Shown: piece after piece, positions 11,032 through 21,915 of the stretch
How positions within the stretch are numbered: position 1 is the stretch's first letter
How the letters are laid out: the number at the start of each line of letters is the position of its first letter
Origin: an uncultured delta proteobacterium
GTDB taxonomy: Bacteria; Myxococcota_A; Polyangia; Polyangiales; Polyangiaceae
Reading direction: 5' to 3'
Assembly (NCBI GenBank): GCA_963850305.1
Contig: CAWKKR010000006.1
Location: 160,001 to 224,000, forward strand
Length of the DNA: 64,000 nt
The notes under the pieces: model-generated
The model's database searches: none
Seen by the model: the letters and a program-made list of their open reading frames with translations, nothing else
What the model was told of the DNA's origin: nothing
Made by a program: the position numbers and the translations under genes

Positions 11032-13256
11032 GTGACGAGCGAGAGAACGCACTGGTGGCTGTCACCCCTCGTCGCTGCGGCCGTGCTCGTCGAGTGGCTC
11101 GAGGTCGGCGTCGATGCCGTTCACCGAAACTGGGACGGGGTGGCGCGCGCGCCCCACTTCGCGGCCGCGCTGCTGCTCTTCACGGCTGCGGGGACGCTCT
11201 TCGCGGGACTCGTCGCGCTCGCGGTGCGCGCCTACCAGGGGATCGCGGCGCGGCTCGCACCTCGCTTTCCGCGAGCGGCTACCTGGCTACCCCCGGCCGC
11301 TGGGGCACTCGTCACCATGGGGGCTTCGGCGAGCACCGCGTTCTGGACGTTCTCCGCCGACCGAATGCGGGGGACTGCGCTTGCCGTCGCGGGTCCATGG
11401 GTGCTCATCGCGCTCGCCGGGGCGTTCGGCGCCGGGGTAGTGGCGCTCTTCGGACTCGTGCGTGCAGCGGCGCAAGCGGGACGGCGACGCGCTCTCGTCA
11501 CGGCGGCGGCGCTGTTCGCCCTCGCCGCGGTGCTCGTCCGGATCGATCTCACCGTGTATGTCTCGCTCTACGCCCGGCTGCACACGCTGCTCGAATCCTG
11601 TGCGGCCGGCTGTGCCTGCGCGGCGACGTTCCTGGTCCTCGTATTCCTGATCCGCGGCCGGCCGCGGGTCGTGCGAGCGACGAACGTATTCGCCGTCGTG
11701 GCCGGCGGAGTCACGGCGCTCTTCGTCGTGATCGAACCGGCGCGCGCGTGGGTGGACGAGTCTCTCCGGCACGCGTGGCGCGAGCCGATCTACGTCGGTC
11801 GAATGCTCTCGCGCATGCAGATCGTGGAAGGGTTCGTCCGGGACCCGCGCGGCTGGCGTGGCGCGACGATGTCGAGCGTGGTGACGCTGCGGGAACGCTA
11901 CGACATCGCGACGACGAGCCGGAGCCCGGCGTGGGACAAGCCGCTCGCGGAACCCCCGTGGCTGAAGCAACGCATCGACGCGCTTCGGGGGAAGGGGACG
12001 CGGAACATCATCATCTTTTACGTCGACACGCTGCGCGCGGACGTCGAGCGCGACCCCCGGGTCATGCCGAACACCATCCGGTTCGCGTCGACCGCGATCG
12101 ATTTCCGGAACGCTTACACGACGGGCTCGGACACATTACACGCGTTGCCGGGGCTCACCGGGGAAGCTACGATCTCTTCACCGAGCAGCCGAACGACCTG
12201 CTGCGCGTCATGCACGGGGCCGGGTACCATTCCGTGCTCATGGTCGCGCAATCCGCGCACGAGTTCCTGTCGAAGCTCCTGCCGCAGTTCAAGTTCGACG
12301 AGACGGTCGACGTGCCCGACTATTCACCCGGCAACGAGAACGTGTGGGGTTACGGCGCGGATCAGCCGACGGCCGCGCGGATCGTCGATCGCTCGCTCGA
12401 TTGGTTGCACGACCACGCGGGCAAGCCGTTCGTCATGTGGATGTTCAACTTCGACGTTCACAACTGGCGCGAGCTCGACGAAGCGTACGCGCGCGACGTG
12501 GGCAAGAAGAACCACCTCTACGACGAGGCGGACCCGGTCTGGCGATATCGCGTCGCGGCGCGCGAGGTCGACGCGCAGTTCGGCCGGTTCCTAGGCGGTC
12601 TGCGCGATCTCGGCATCGCCGACGACACGGTGCTTCTCTTTCTCTCGGATCACGGCGAAGGACTCGGCCGGGAGGGCTTCTGGGTCCATTCGGTGTTCCT
12701 GTGGCAGGCGCTCATCCACGTCCCGCTGATCCTGCGCGTCCCCGGGGTGCCGCCGGCCGTCGTGAACGACGTCGTGTCCCTCGTGGACGTCGCGCCGACC
12801 CTTTCGCGGTTCATGGTCCCGGACGCGGACACCCAGGGCTATCAGGGTGAGGATCTCCTGTCGTATCTCGTCCCGAACCACCCGCCCCGGCGCCTGCCGC
12901 TGGTGCTGATGGGGACGCTCAAGGAGGTGCCCGTGCGTCTCGGGATCATCGACCCCAAGGCACGCTTCAAGCTCGTGCTCCCGCTCGAGGGTGCGGTCCC
13001 CGAGCTCTACGATCTCCGGGCTGCCGACCCGGACGAGCGCGACGTTTCCGGCACGCACGGCCGTGAAACGCTCAAGCTCCTGAACGAGCTCGTGCGGGCC
13101 CCCTTGTTTCCGCGGCTGAACGAAAAGGGCTCCGGCCCCCTGGATCAGGCCGCCGCCGACGGCAAGACGGCCATCGAGATCGAAAGCCAGAAGAAGGCGG
13201 AGGAGAAGGCGAATGCGAGCGCGGGCGTCGCCGGCGCCGAGAAGATCGCGAAATGA
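11032..13256 (+). pseudogene. Membrane-anchored sulfatase-like (alkaline phosphatase superfamily) protein, frameshifted as sequenced
   Basis: TM region and NIIIFYVDTLRAD in one frame; SDHGEG, HVPLILRVPG and ELYDL in another; one extra G in the G4 run at 12160-12163 joins them. Confidence 0.8.
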
Positions 13257-13317
13257 GCCGCTCGAGAGAAAATGTCGCTTCGAAAAAGGCCTTCTTCTCG
13301 AGTACCCTATCGGATCG

Positions 13318-14334
13318 ATGAAGATGAGAACCCTCCTGGGTCCCGCTGCACTCGCCATTGCGCTCCTCGCACGCCCCGCCTTCGCTGACGATGTCCAGGT
13401 CAGCGATGCGGCGCGCACGCACTTCAAGACCGGCGTCGCGTTCCTCACCGATCCCGATGGCGCCCGGTACGACGAGGCGTATCACGAGTTCAAGGCCGCC
13501 TATGCCGACTCTCCGTCGTGGAAGATCCTCGGCAACCTCGGCATCACGGCCATGAAGCTCGAGCGCGACGGCGAGGCCGTCGACGCTTACCAGAAGTATC
13601 TCACCCAGGGCGGCGCACAGATCGACCCCTCCGAGCGGGCGCAGATGGAGCGCGACTTGATGACCACGAAGGCGGGCGTGGTGTATCTCGACATCAAGGT
13701 CACCCCGCCCGGCGCGTTGATCGTCGACGAGCGGCAACCTCTGACGGGGCGGACGGTCACCAATCGTTATGAGGTCGCGGCGGACGGTTCGCTCCGGATC
13801 GGCGTGCGGCGCGGCAGCCATCGCATCACGGCCAAGCTAGACGGCTACGACGATCAGGTCTGGGAGCTGGATGCGGAACCGGGTCCGGACCAGACGCACG
13901 AGTACAAGCTCACCAAACCCGCTCCCGCGGCGGCCCCGCCATCGCCGGGCGCTCCGGCGGCAGCGGCGCCGGCGGCCCCGCCCGTGATGGAACGGCCGAT
14001 CTCGGTCCCCGTCATCATCGGCGCCTCGGCAACGGGCGCGCTGGCCGTGGGTACCGCCGTGGTCGGCGTGCTCGCCCTGTCGAAGAACAGCCAGTTCAAG
14101 GACAAGAACGACGGACATCACGTGTCGGAAGCCCAGAGCCTTCACGACAGCGGCACGACGTTGAACATCGTCGGGGATGCTCTCCTGGGCGGGGCGGTCG
14201 TCGCCGCGGCGATCACGACGTACCTGTTCCTCGATCGTCCGGAAGTTCCGGCGGAACACGACACGGCGCGCATTCACGTGGTGCCCACGGTGGGTCCGTC
14301 CGTCGCGGCGCTCGTCGTGAACGGCCGCTTCTAG
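13318..14334 (+). CDS. TPR + PEGA domain membrane protein
   Basis: Signal peptide, TPR-like helices, PEGA-like HRITAKLDGY, C-terminal TM hairpin. Confidence 0.8.
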   Translation: MKMRTLLGPAALAIALLARPAFADDVQVSDAARTHFKTGVAFLTDPDGARYDEAYHEFKAAYADSPSWKILGNLGITAMKLERDGEAVDAYQKYLTQGGAQIDPSERAQMERDLMTTKAGVVYLDIKVTPPGALIVDERQPLTGRTVTNRYEVAADGSLRIGVRRGSHRITAKLDGYDDQVWELDAEPGPDQTHEYKLTKPAPAAAPPSPGAPAAAAPAAPPVMERPISVPVIIGASATGALAVGTAVVGVLALSKNSQFKDKNDGHHVSEAQSLHDSGTTLNIVGDALLGGAVVAAAITTYLFLDRPEVPAEHDTARIHVVPTVGPSVAALVVNGRF

Positions 14335-14410
14335 TTCTCCCTCTGCCCAAGGCGGCAAGAAGCGTGCAGGTCTGGCACCCCGGAGGCGCATTGCTACGCT
14401 CGACGCTTCC

Positions 14411-16660
14411 GTGAACCCCTGGCGCGCGCAAAGTCTCCTGTTCCTGGGCGCGCTCGCCGTGGCCGCGTTTGCCAGGACGTCGGGGGTCGTGCGGGCGGAC
14501 ACGCCGCCGCCCCTCGTCGATGTCTGGAGCTGGGGACGGAACAGCGCGGGACAGCTCGGTGGCGTTCCGCCGAGTCACGCGATCCCGTGGCCCACTCACG
14601 AAGCCGGAAACTGGATCGCCGTGGCGGCCGGGTTCGATCACGTGCTCGCGCTCACCGCGACCGGCGAAGTGTGGGCGTGGGGGGACGACTCGAATGGCCA
14701 GCTCGGCAACGGCACCACCCAGAACAGCATCCTGCCGGTTCGAGTAGCGGGGCTCATCGGCGTCACGCTCATCGCCGCGGGCGGCGGCCAGAGCTACGCC
14801 TACCGCGCCTCCGACGCGACGCTCTGGGCGTGGGGTTCGAACTCCAATGGTCAGCTGGGCGAGCCGCCAGCGACGCCCCAGGAGACGTCGCCAGTGCTGG
14901 TGTCAGGGCTGCCCGCGCTCACGGCGATCGCGACGAAGGGCCAGCACACGCTCGCGCTGGGGGCGGACGGCACCGTTTACGCCTGGGGTGCCAACGATGC
15001 CGGCCAGCTAGGGCTCGGCGACTTCGTCGACCGCTCCACGCCGACGGCGGTGCCGCTCTTCGCGCCTGCGATCGCGATTGGAACCGGCGGCTCGCATAGC
15101 CTCGCGGTGGTCGGGACCGACGCCGAGGTCTGGGCTTGGGGCTCGAACGCCTTCGGCCAGCTCGGCAGCGGGCGACAGGGCGCGCCCGGCCAGGGCTTCT
15201 CGGATCCGGAGCCCGTACTCGGCGTCTCGGGCGTCGATCAGGTCGTCGGCGGCGATCTGCACTCGCTCGCGCGCGGCACGGACGGCAGCGTGTGGGCCTG
15301 GGGCTACAACACCGAAGGACAGACGGGCAGCGGCGACACGACGCCCGCCGACACGGGTCTCCTCACCGCCGAGAAGATCTCCGGCATCAGCGGCGTGGCG
15401 TCACTCGCCGCCGGTGGACTCGACTCGATCGCCCTGAAGTCGAACGGCGAGGTCTGGACCTGGGGCAGCAACGTGTTCGGCACGTGCGGCGCCAACGGTC
15501 GCGCGGATCATCTCCTGCCGACGAAGGTCGTCGGCGCGACGGGCGCGACCGCCGTCACGATGGGAAGCTCCTTCGCCGTCGCTCTCGCGTCGCCGCGGCC
15601 GAGCTCCGGCGTGGTCGTCATGGGCGACATGACCGCCACGGGCACCGCGCCCGTCGAGCGCCCCGCCGTCGCGACGGTCCCCGGGCTCACGGATGTAGGC
15701 ATGCTCGCCGCCGGCTTTCACCACGCGCTCGCGCTCGACGCCGATCACGCCGTCTGGGCCTGGGGCGACAACTCGAGTGGCCAGCTCGGCATCCCCGGCG
15801 CGTCCGGCCTCGCGCCGGCTCCGGTCGATATTCCGCTGGACGGTGCCCAGGGCTTCGTCGAGGTCGTCGCGCGCGCCAACTTCAGCCTCGCGCTCCGCTC
15901 GGACGGCGCCGTCTTCGCGTGGGGCGACAACACCTACGGCCAGCTCGGCACCGGCTCGACCACCTCGACGAGCTCGCCCGTGCGCGTCGCGTCGCTCTCG
16001 AACATCGTGTCGCTCGCCGCGGGCGAACGCCACGGTCTGGCCCTCGACGCGACCGGCACGGCGTGGGCCTGGGGGCAGAATCTCCACGGCGAACTCGGCA
16101 CGCCCCCGAGCGCCACGCTCGTCACGACGCCGCAGCAAGTCCCGTCACTCTACGCGCTGTCCGAGATCGCCGCCGGCGGCTTCCACAATCTGTTCATCGA
16201 CGTCACGGGCCTCCTCCACGCCTGGGGTTTCGGCCAGGACGCGCAGCTCGGCGACGGCGGGCGCAGCGACGCCACCGTCCCCCTCGCCGTCGCGCTGGGC
16301 CGCGTCGCGTCCGTGTCCGCCGGAGCTCTGCACACGCTCGCCATCCTCGACGGCGGCCAGGTCTGGGCCTTCGGGGGATCGGGGTCCGATCAGCTCGGCG
16401 ACGGTTCCCCGCGCGGCCTCATGTGGACCCCTGTACACAGCAACGTTACGACGCCCGCGCTCCTCGCCATCGCAGGCGACTATCACAGCCTCGCGCTCGG
16501 CTACGACGGCACCGTGACGGCGTGGGGCGACGATTCCCGGGGTCAGCTCGGCCTCGCCGGCACGTCGGAGCCGCACTCCGAGCCGGTCCCCGGTGTCGCC
16601 GCGCCCACGGCGTTGCTCGCCGCCGGGGGGGAGACATTCACTGTGCTCGCGGTGAAATGA
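14411..16660 (+). CDS. RCC1-repeat exported beta-propeller protein
   Basis: Many HxLAL..DG.VWAWG.N..GQLG repeats; signal peptide. Confidence 0.92.
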   Translation: MNPWRAQSLLFLGALAVAAFARTSGVVRADTPPPLVDVWSWGRNSAGQLGGVPPSHAIPWPTHEAGNWIAVAAGFDHVLALTATGEVWAWGDDSNGQLGNGTTQNSILPVRVAGLIGVTLIAAGGGQSYAYRASDATLWAWGSNSNGQLGEPPATPQETSPVLVSGLPALTAIATKGQHTLALGADGTVYAWGANDAGQLGLGDFVDRSTPTAVPLFAPAIAIGTGGSHSLAVVGTDAEVWAWGSNAFGQLGSGRQGAPGQGFSDPEPVLGVSGVDQVVGGDLHSLARGTDGSVWAWGYNTEGQTGSGDTTPADTGLLTAEKISGISGVASLAAGGLDSIALKSNGEVWTWGSNVFGTCGANGRADHLLPTKVVGATGATAVTMGSSFAVALASPRPSSGVVVMGDMTATGTAPVERPAVATVPGLTDVGMLAAGFHHALALDADHAVWAWGDNSSGQLGIPGASGLAPAPVDIPLDGAQGFVEVVARANFSLALRSDGAVFAWGDNTYGQLGTGSTTSTSSPVRVASLSNIVSLAAGERHGLALDATGTAWAWGQNLHGELGTPPSATLVTTPQQVPSLYALSEIAAGGFHNLFIDVTGLLHAWGFGQDAQLGDGGRSDATVPLAVALGRVASVSAGALHTLAILDGGQVWAFGGSGSDQLGDGSPRGLMWTPVHSNVTTPALLAIAGDYHSLALGYDGTVTAWGDDSRGQLGLAGTSEPHSEPVPGVAAPTALLAAGGETFTVLAVK

Positions 16661-16834
16661 GGGGGGACTACGGCCTGCGCACTACGACGAGGTCACGATC
16701 GCGGGGTGGGCCAATCGCTGCGCGTGTTACCTGCCTCGTGCGCCGCGCTTGCTCGCGATCTCGTCGACAGGGTGCCTTCGACCGCCGGGGTCAGCGCCAT
16801 CCCGCGCGAGGTTGACACCGAGCTCGCTCGCGGC

Positions 16835-17446
16835 TCATCGAGATCGCAGGAATGCGAGGCCGAGTTCGATATTCAGCGTGACCAGGGAGTCCACGGGCTG
16901 CTCGTGACGAAAGTCCCGGACTGCTTCGAACCGTAGAACCGGTCCGATCTCGAATCCCGAGCTTCCGGGGTGAGCGAGCCACCCGAAGGCTGCCGAGATG
17001 CCGTAGCCGTTGTACCCGGTGGACTGATTCGGCGGACACCCGCCTCCGAAGTCGAGACAGAAGCCGCGCAGTTCCGTCCGGGTGACCCGGGCATACCCGG
17101 CTCCCAGCGTGCCGAAGAAGTACTCCTGCATCGAGTCACTCCGGAGCCCAATTACGGGCGCGATGACCCAAGCCGAGCTGTCGGTTCCCCCGCCCAGAAT
17201 CCACGCGCTCGTCTGACCGAGCCCGGTCAGGGTGCCACCGACGGAGAAGACGTCCGTGAGCCAGTATTCACTGGCAACGCCGGCGCGACCTCCGATGCCC
17301 AGACTCCCCCCACCGGCGCCCAAGGACGCGCGCAGGGACCAAGCGTAGACGGGCTTCTCTGGCGCCTCGCTCATCTCGGCAGTCGAGGACGACGCAAAGA
17401 GAACCGGGCTGAACACCACGGCCGCCACCACCAGGTACTTCACCAC
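16835..17446 (-). CDS. Hypothetical exported protein, possibly a small outer-membrane beta-barrel
   Basis: Signal peptide, alternating beta-strand pattern, C-terminal NIELGLAF. Confidence 0.65.
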   Translation of the reverse strand: MVKYLVVAAVVFSPVLFASSSTAEMSEAPEKPVYAWSLRASLGAGGGSLGIGGRAGVASEYWLTDVFSVGGTLTGLGQTSAWILGGGTDSSAWVIAPVIGLRSDSMQEYFFGTLGAGYARVTRTELRGFCLDFGGGCPPNQSTGYNGYGISAAFGWLAHPGSSGFEIGPVLRFEAVRDFRHEQPVDSLVTLNIELGLAFLRSR

Positions 17447-17470
17447 GAGGGGAAGGTATCATTCACCACA

Positions 17471-17932
17471 ATGGAAGGTACCCTCCGCTCGCTGCCGATC
17501 CTCGTCGTGCTCTGCGGGGCGCTCGTGGGCTGCCGCGGGAAGCTGCTCGCGACGGCGTACCTGGCCGGGCCGGGCACGGCGGAGGCGCACTTCACGGCCG
17601 GCGCGCCCGTGGAGCTCTGGTCCGACTCCGTGGGCACGTGGCTCGGCCCGGAGTGGGCGAAGCTCCCGCTCCATTACGACATCGACGTCACCCAGAGCGG
17701 CAAGCTCGTGGGCCGTGCGTCGTGCGACACCGACACGGAGGACGGCACGAGCGTCTGCGGCGTGGAGTCGAACGCCGGCGGGCGGCACCACGGAGACTGC
17801 GAGGTGCACATGATCTGCGACCTACCGAAGCTCGCCCCGGGCGACGTGACGCTCAAGGTGACCGGTCGCATCGCCGACCCCTCTCGCGTGAAGAGCTTGA
17901 CGCTCATGTCGCTCAACGTGCGCGAGAAATGA
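17471..17932 (+). CDS. Putative lipoprotein
   Basis: ATG 17471, lipobox LVGC, four further Cys. Confidence 0.75.
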   Translation: MEGTLRSLPILVVLCGALVGCRGKLLATAYLAGPGTAEAHFTAGAPVELWSDSVGTWLGPEWAKLPLHYDIDVTQSGKLVGRASCDTDTEDGTSVCGVESNAGGRHHGDCEVHMICDLPKLAPGDVTLKVTGRIADPSRVKSLTLMSLNVREK

Positions 17933-17946
17933 TGCGCTTCTAGGAC

Positions 17947-18272
17947 GGGGGTCTTGACCCCCGCGGCTCGCTTCGCGACCGCTCCCCCGCCGTTTTCCAA
18001 CGGGGGTCTTGACCCCCGCGGCTCGCTTCGCGACCGCTCCCCCGCCGCCTTCGGCGGGCTCGTGCTCGCAAGGGGGTCTTGACCCCCGCGGCTCGCTTCG
18101 CGACCGCTCCCCCGCCGCCTTCGGCGGGCTCGTGCTCGCAAGGGGGTCTTGACCCCCGCGGCTCGCTTCGCGACCGCTCCCCCGCCGCCTTCGGCGGGCT
18201 CGTGCTCGCAAGGGGGTCTTGACCCCCGCGGCTCGCTTCGCGACCGCTCCCCCGCCGCCTTCGGCGGGCTCG
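17947..18272. repeat. 70-bp tandem array of a three-hairpin REP/BIME-like unit
   Basis: Unit starts at 17947 (partial), 18002, 18072, 18142 and 18212; essentially identical; lies between convergent genes. Confidence 0.95.
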
Positions 18273-18335
18273 CTGCGCTCGCGTAGTTCCGCACCTCGTT
18301 GAATCGGGGGGGACGACGGTGGCGTCGATGCGGAA

Positions 18336-19862
18336 CTACTGGCACTGCGGGTTGTCGGCGCTGACGGGGGAGCCGGTGCGGACGGCGATGGCGCCGGGCG
18401 CCGCGTAGCCGGTCGGAGTGCGGAAGTTCGTGTTGCTCTTGAACACCGGCGGGGCCGAGGCTGAACCTGTCACGGTGTAAGACTCGAGCGAGGAGTCGTT
18501 GGCCACGCGCAGGAGAGACCGCGTGTACGGCTCGTAGAGCAGGGCGCCACCGCCGGAGGTCTTGCAGATCTGCCCGGCCGCGGGAGGCGGGCTCCCGGAG
18601 GTCGGCACACCCCAGATGACCTGGTCGAGGAGCGACGTCGCGTAAGCGATGTTCTGGCAGTAGTCGAAGGCCGCCGCCGAGATGCGTGTGCTGCCCATCA
18701 CGAATGGGAGCTGAGCAGTGGTGGAAGCGTGGCTCTGATTGGGGTTGAATTCCTGGACGGAGCCCATCGTCGTCGCTGCCGGATTAGAGCATGCGGTCGC
18801 GGTCGTCGTTGCCGAGCCGTCGAGCGATGGCAGCACGACGATGTCGGCGTCGTTGCCGTCGTCCGCGGCGAAACCGGGTGAGCCCCCGGTCGGGTTCACC
18901 TGGCCCACCGCGACCGGCGCCGAAGTGTCGACCGTTGCCCCGCTGCCCCCGGCGGTCAAATCCACACTCACGCGCAACAGATCGATGTTGCACAGCGTGA
19001 TGCTCGGGTCGGACCTCGTTCCAGCGACGCAGCTCGTCCCGGTCTCCTCCAGCACCACCGTCACCGATCCGCCCTTCGACGAAGGGTGGGCGATCACCCC
19101 GAGCCGCACGCTGCTGTCGAGAACGGCATTGGTCCCCGCATCCAGAGGCACGTCCGCAAACTTCGTCACCTTCGCCGCGTTCGCGGTGTCGAGGATCGTG
19201 ACCGGACGCGTCCCCTGTATGGAAGTCGCCGAGCCCGAGACGTACGCGATGCCTCCGTTCAGCAACACGACGTTGCTCGACGGCACGGGCACGGTGACGC
19301 CGGCTCCGACGTCCCGCCAGTCCCCGGATTCGACGTCGAGCGCGCGGACCTGAAGCGTGGCCGTTGCCGCGGTCGGGCTCGCGGTCTCGAAGAAGTACCA
19401 GTTGTCCGAATTGGGGTCGTTCAGGATCGCGACGACGTTGCCGACGGTCTTCTTCGACACCTCGGCGCCCGTGGCCGGGTTGAGCACCCAGATGACCGAA
19501 GTCGCGGGCGTCTTCGTCGATTGGTAAGATACGATCGCGCCTCCGGGCCCGCCCGGATGGAACACGTCCGACTCGACGACGGCGCCGCCCGCTCCGCCGC
19601 CGCCGCCCGTACCGCCGGCGCCGCCAGACGCACCTCCGCCTGCACCGCCCGCGCCGCTGTCGTATGCGCCGCCCGAGCCTGCATCGAGAGTCGCTCCGGC
19701 CCCGCCGCCGTTACCCCCCGTGGCAGCGCCGCCGGAGCCCTGCGCGCCGCCCGCGCCGACGCCGCCGCCGTCGTTCTGCGGTTTCACGTCGTCGAACTTG
19801 TTGATGAGTGAGCAACCTCCGAGGAGGAGCAGCAGGGCGCCGGTTGCGCTCGTTTTTTTCAT
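18336..19862 (-). CDS. Lipoprotein, probable beta-propeller
   Basis: Lipobox LGGC, long Gly linker, beta-rich mature region. Confidence 0.8.
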   Translation of the reverse strand: MKKTSATGALLLLLGGCSLINKFDDVKPQNDGGGVGAGGAQGSGGAATGGNGGGAGATLDAGSGGAYDSGAGGAGGGASGGAGGTGGGGGAGGAVVESDVFHPGGPGGAIVSYQSTKTPATSVIWVLNPATGAEVSKKTVGNVVAILNDPNSDNWYFFETASPTAATATLQVRALDVESGDWRDVGAGVTVPVPSSNVVLLNGGIAYVSGSATSIQGTRPVTILDTANAAKVTKFADVPLDAGTNAVLDSSVRLGVIAHPSSKGGSVTVVLEETGTSCVAGTRSDPSITLCNIDLLRVSVDLTAGGSGATVDTSAPVAVGQVNPTGGSPGFAADDGNDADIVVLPSLDGSATTTATACSNPAATTMGSVQEFNPNQSHASTTAQLPFVMGSTRISAAAFDYCQNIAYATSLLDQVIWGVPTSGSPPPAAGQICKTSGGGALLYEPYTRSLLRVANDSSLESYTVTGSASAPPVFKSNTNFRTPTGYAAPGAIAVRTGSPVSADNPQCQ

Positions 19863-19892
19863 GGTCCCTCTTCAAGTAAAGAAACGCGGCCC

Positions 19893-21893
19893 TCAGTTGT
19901 TCTGCGCGCCCTGGACGATCCAGCCCTGGATGGTCGCAAAGTCCTTGGCATCCGTCAGCTGAGGGCCGGTGGTGTACGCCGGGGGCATCTTGCTTCCGAA
20001 GATGGTCCCCTGGGTGCCGCCGTTGATCTTCCGCCATATGTAGCTGTGCGTCGGATCCTGGCTCGTGGCATCGACCCTCTTGATCCCGGCTTGGGTGACA
20101 GGGTCCGACGGGCTGATCTGCGGCGATTCCGTCGCAACGACGTTGACGACGCTCGAGTACGCATACCCGTCCTGAAGAATCTGGCCTTCGGGGGGGTTGC
20201 CCGGAACGTGACAGCCTGCGAGCGCGCAGTGCGCGGTGAAGATGGGCTGCACGTCTCCCTCGAAGCTGATGAGCGTCGTCACGTGGAGCTCGGGGAGCGG
20301 CACGCTCAGGTTCTGTGCCTGGTCGCGCGCCTCGACGAGGAAGTAAAAGTCGGTGTTGCTGACCGACTGGACCGCGCCAGCGTCGCCCCCCGATAGAGCC
20401 TTCAGCAGGTCGGCCTGCATCAGGAGCGCTTCGAGGGCTCCGGTTTCAGTGAAGATCGGGGTGCTCATATCCTCGCCGCCCGGCGTCGTTCCGCCGAAGA
20501 TGACGTACTGGATCGCCGACTCTGCCGTCTCGTTGTCGGTCGCCTGCGGGAAATCGATCGTCACGGTCGTCGCTCCCGCCGTGAACGTCGCGGTCCCGCT
20601 TGCAGGGAATGTCGGCGGCTGGCTGTCGTCGATGGTGTTCAGCGCGACCGTGTGTCGGTTCGTGTCCTCGTTGCCGGACGCGTCCACCGCGCGGCAGACG
20701 ACCTCGTAGTTGCCGGCCGGCAAGAGCGTCGTGAGCTGGCCCTGGGTTACTCCCTTGAACACGCCGTCAGGCTGCGAGAATTGCGTGTCGCGGTCCACCG
20801 GGACGTCGAAGGCGTACACGTTGTACGTGATGCCGCTGGCGGCGGTGGTGTCGTCCACCGCGGGATCCCACACGATGGTGCCGCCGCTGGCGGTCGGGTT
20901 GGCCGCGGCGCGACAGCCGCCGAAGACGGGCGGCGTCGTATCCTTGCCGGTCGTCCCCGTGACGAGCACGGTCGTCGGCGTGACGTTGCCCGCGGCGTCT
21001 ACGGCCGCCACGCGGAAGAAGTATTGCGTCGCGGCTGCCGGCAAGCCCGTGACCAGCGCCTGAGTCGCTCCTGGATCCGTCACGACCGCGAGTTGTTGCG
21101 GGGCGGTGCCGCTCGTGGCCCAGAAGACGTCGTAGACGATTCCGGGTGTCTGCGTCAGATCGTCGCTCGCGGCGGCCCAGGTGACGATGACGGACGAATC
21201 GGTCTTTCCGACCGCCGTCGTTGCCCCGGCGAACGTCGGGGGCTTGCTGTCCACGGCGGGAGTTCCCGAAAGCTCGAGCACGTTCGTGTCCTTCGAGTCA
21301 CCGACGTCCGCGACGGCACGCACGACGAAAAACGTCGGCGCCGTGCTGGAAAGTCCATCGAGCAACGCCGAGGTCGCTCCGGGCGGCGTGACGATCGCCG
21401 GCGTCGAATAGTTCTCCCCGCCGCCTTTGGTGGCCGTGTAGATCTCGTAGGTGAAGCTCGCATCCGGGAATGCGGGCAGCGACGCGGGAGCCCAGGTCAC
21501 GACCAGCGACGTGGGAGGCGTGGCGCCGTCCGCGGGCGTGGATGGCGAAACGGACGTCACTCCTCCGAAGTCGATCTTGTCGGACGATCCTGCGTCCGTG
21601 GTGCCAGCCGCACCTCCTCCATTCGTACCGCCCGCACCGCCCGAGCCCGTCGCGCCGCCCGTGGAGCCATCCATCGTGCCCGCGTCGCCCGTCGGTGGCG
21701 TGACCGCTTGCTTCGCGACGCAGGTGCTTCCCTTCTTCTCCGTCCCGGTACCGCACGAAAGATTGCTGCCACTGCTGCACGCAGGAAAAAGGACCACGGC
21801 CGCCACGAGACCCGGCCAAGCCATCCGGAACAACGTCGCTACCGGGCGGTTCGCCGGAAAGGCTTCCTTCAGCTTCGTCATGCGCTTGCTCAT
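19893..21893 (-). CDS. Lipoprotein with four FN3-like repeats and a C-terminal cytochrome c-like domain (CxxxxCH)
   Basis: FPAC lipobox; DxxPPxF...VTW...VRAVDAAGN repeats; CALAGCH; ends WIVQGAQNN; start uncertain. Confidence 0.8.
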   Translation of the reverse strand: MSKRMTKLKEAFPANRPVATLFRMAWPGLVAAVVLFPACSSGSNLSCGTGTEKKGSTCVAKQAVTPPTGDAGTMDGSTGGATGSGGAGGTNGGGAAGTTDAGSSDKIDFGGVTSVSPSTPADGATPPTSLVVTWAPASLPAFPDASFTYEIYTATKGGGENYSTPAIVTPPGATSALLDGLSSTAPTFFVVRAVADVGDSKDTNVLELSGTPAVDSKPPTFAGATTAVGKTDSSVIVTWAAASDDLTQTPGIVYDVFWATSGTAPQQLAVVTDPGATQALVTGLPAAATQYFFRVAAVDAAGNVTPTTVLVTGTTGKDTTPPVFGGCRAAANPTASGGTIVWDPAVDDTTAASGITYNVYAFDVPVDRDTQFSQPDGVFKGVTQGQLTTLLPAGNYEVVCRAVDASGNEDTNRHTVALNTIDDSQPPTFPASGTATFTAGATTVTIDFPQATDNETAESAIQYVIFGGTTPGGEDMSTPIFTETGALEALLMQADLLKALSGGDAGAVQSVSNTDFYFLVEARDQAQNLSVPLPELHVTTLISFEGDVQPIFTAHCALAGCHVPGNPPEGQILQDGYAYSSVVNVVATESPQISPSDPVTQAGIKRVDATSQDPTHSYIWRKINGGTQGTIFGSKMPPAYTTGPQLTDAKDFATIQGWIVQGAQNN

Positions 21894-21915
21894 GTGATTC
21901 TCCGACCAGAAATTC

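Noticed and set aside
17947..18272. CRISPR array
   Set aside because: Units are identical end to end, with no unique spacers and no cas genes
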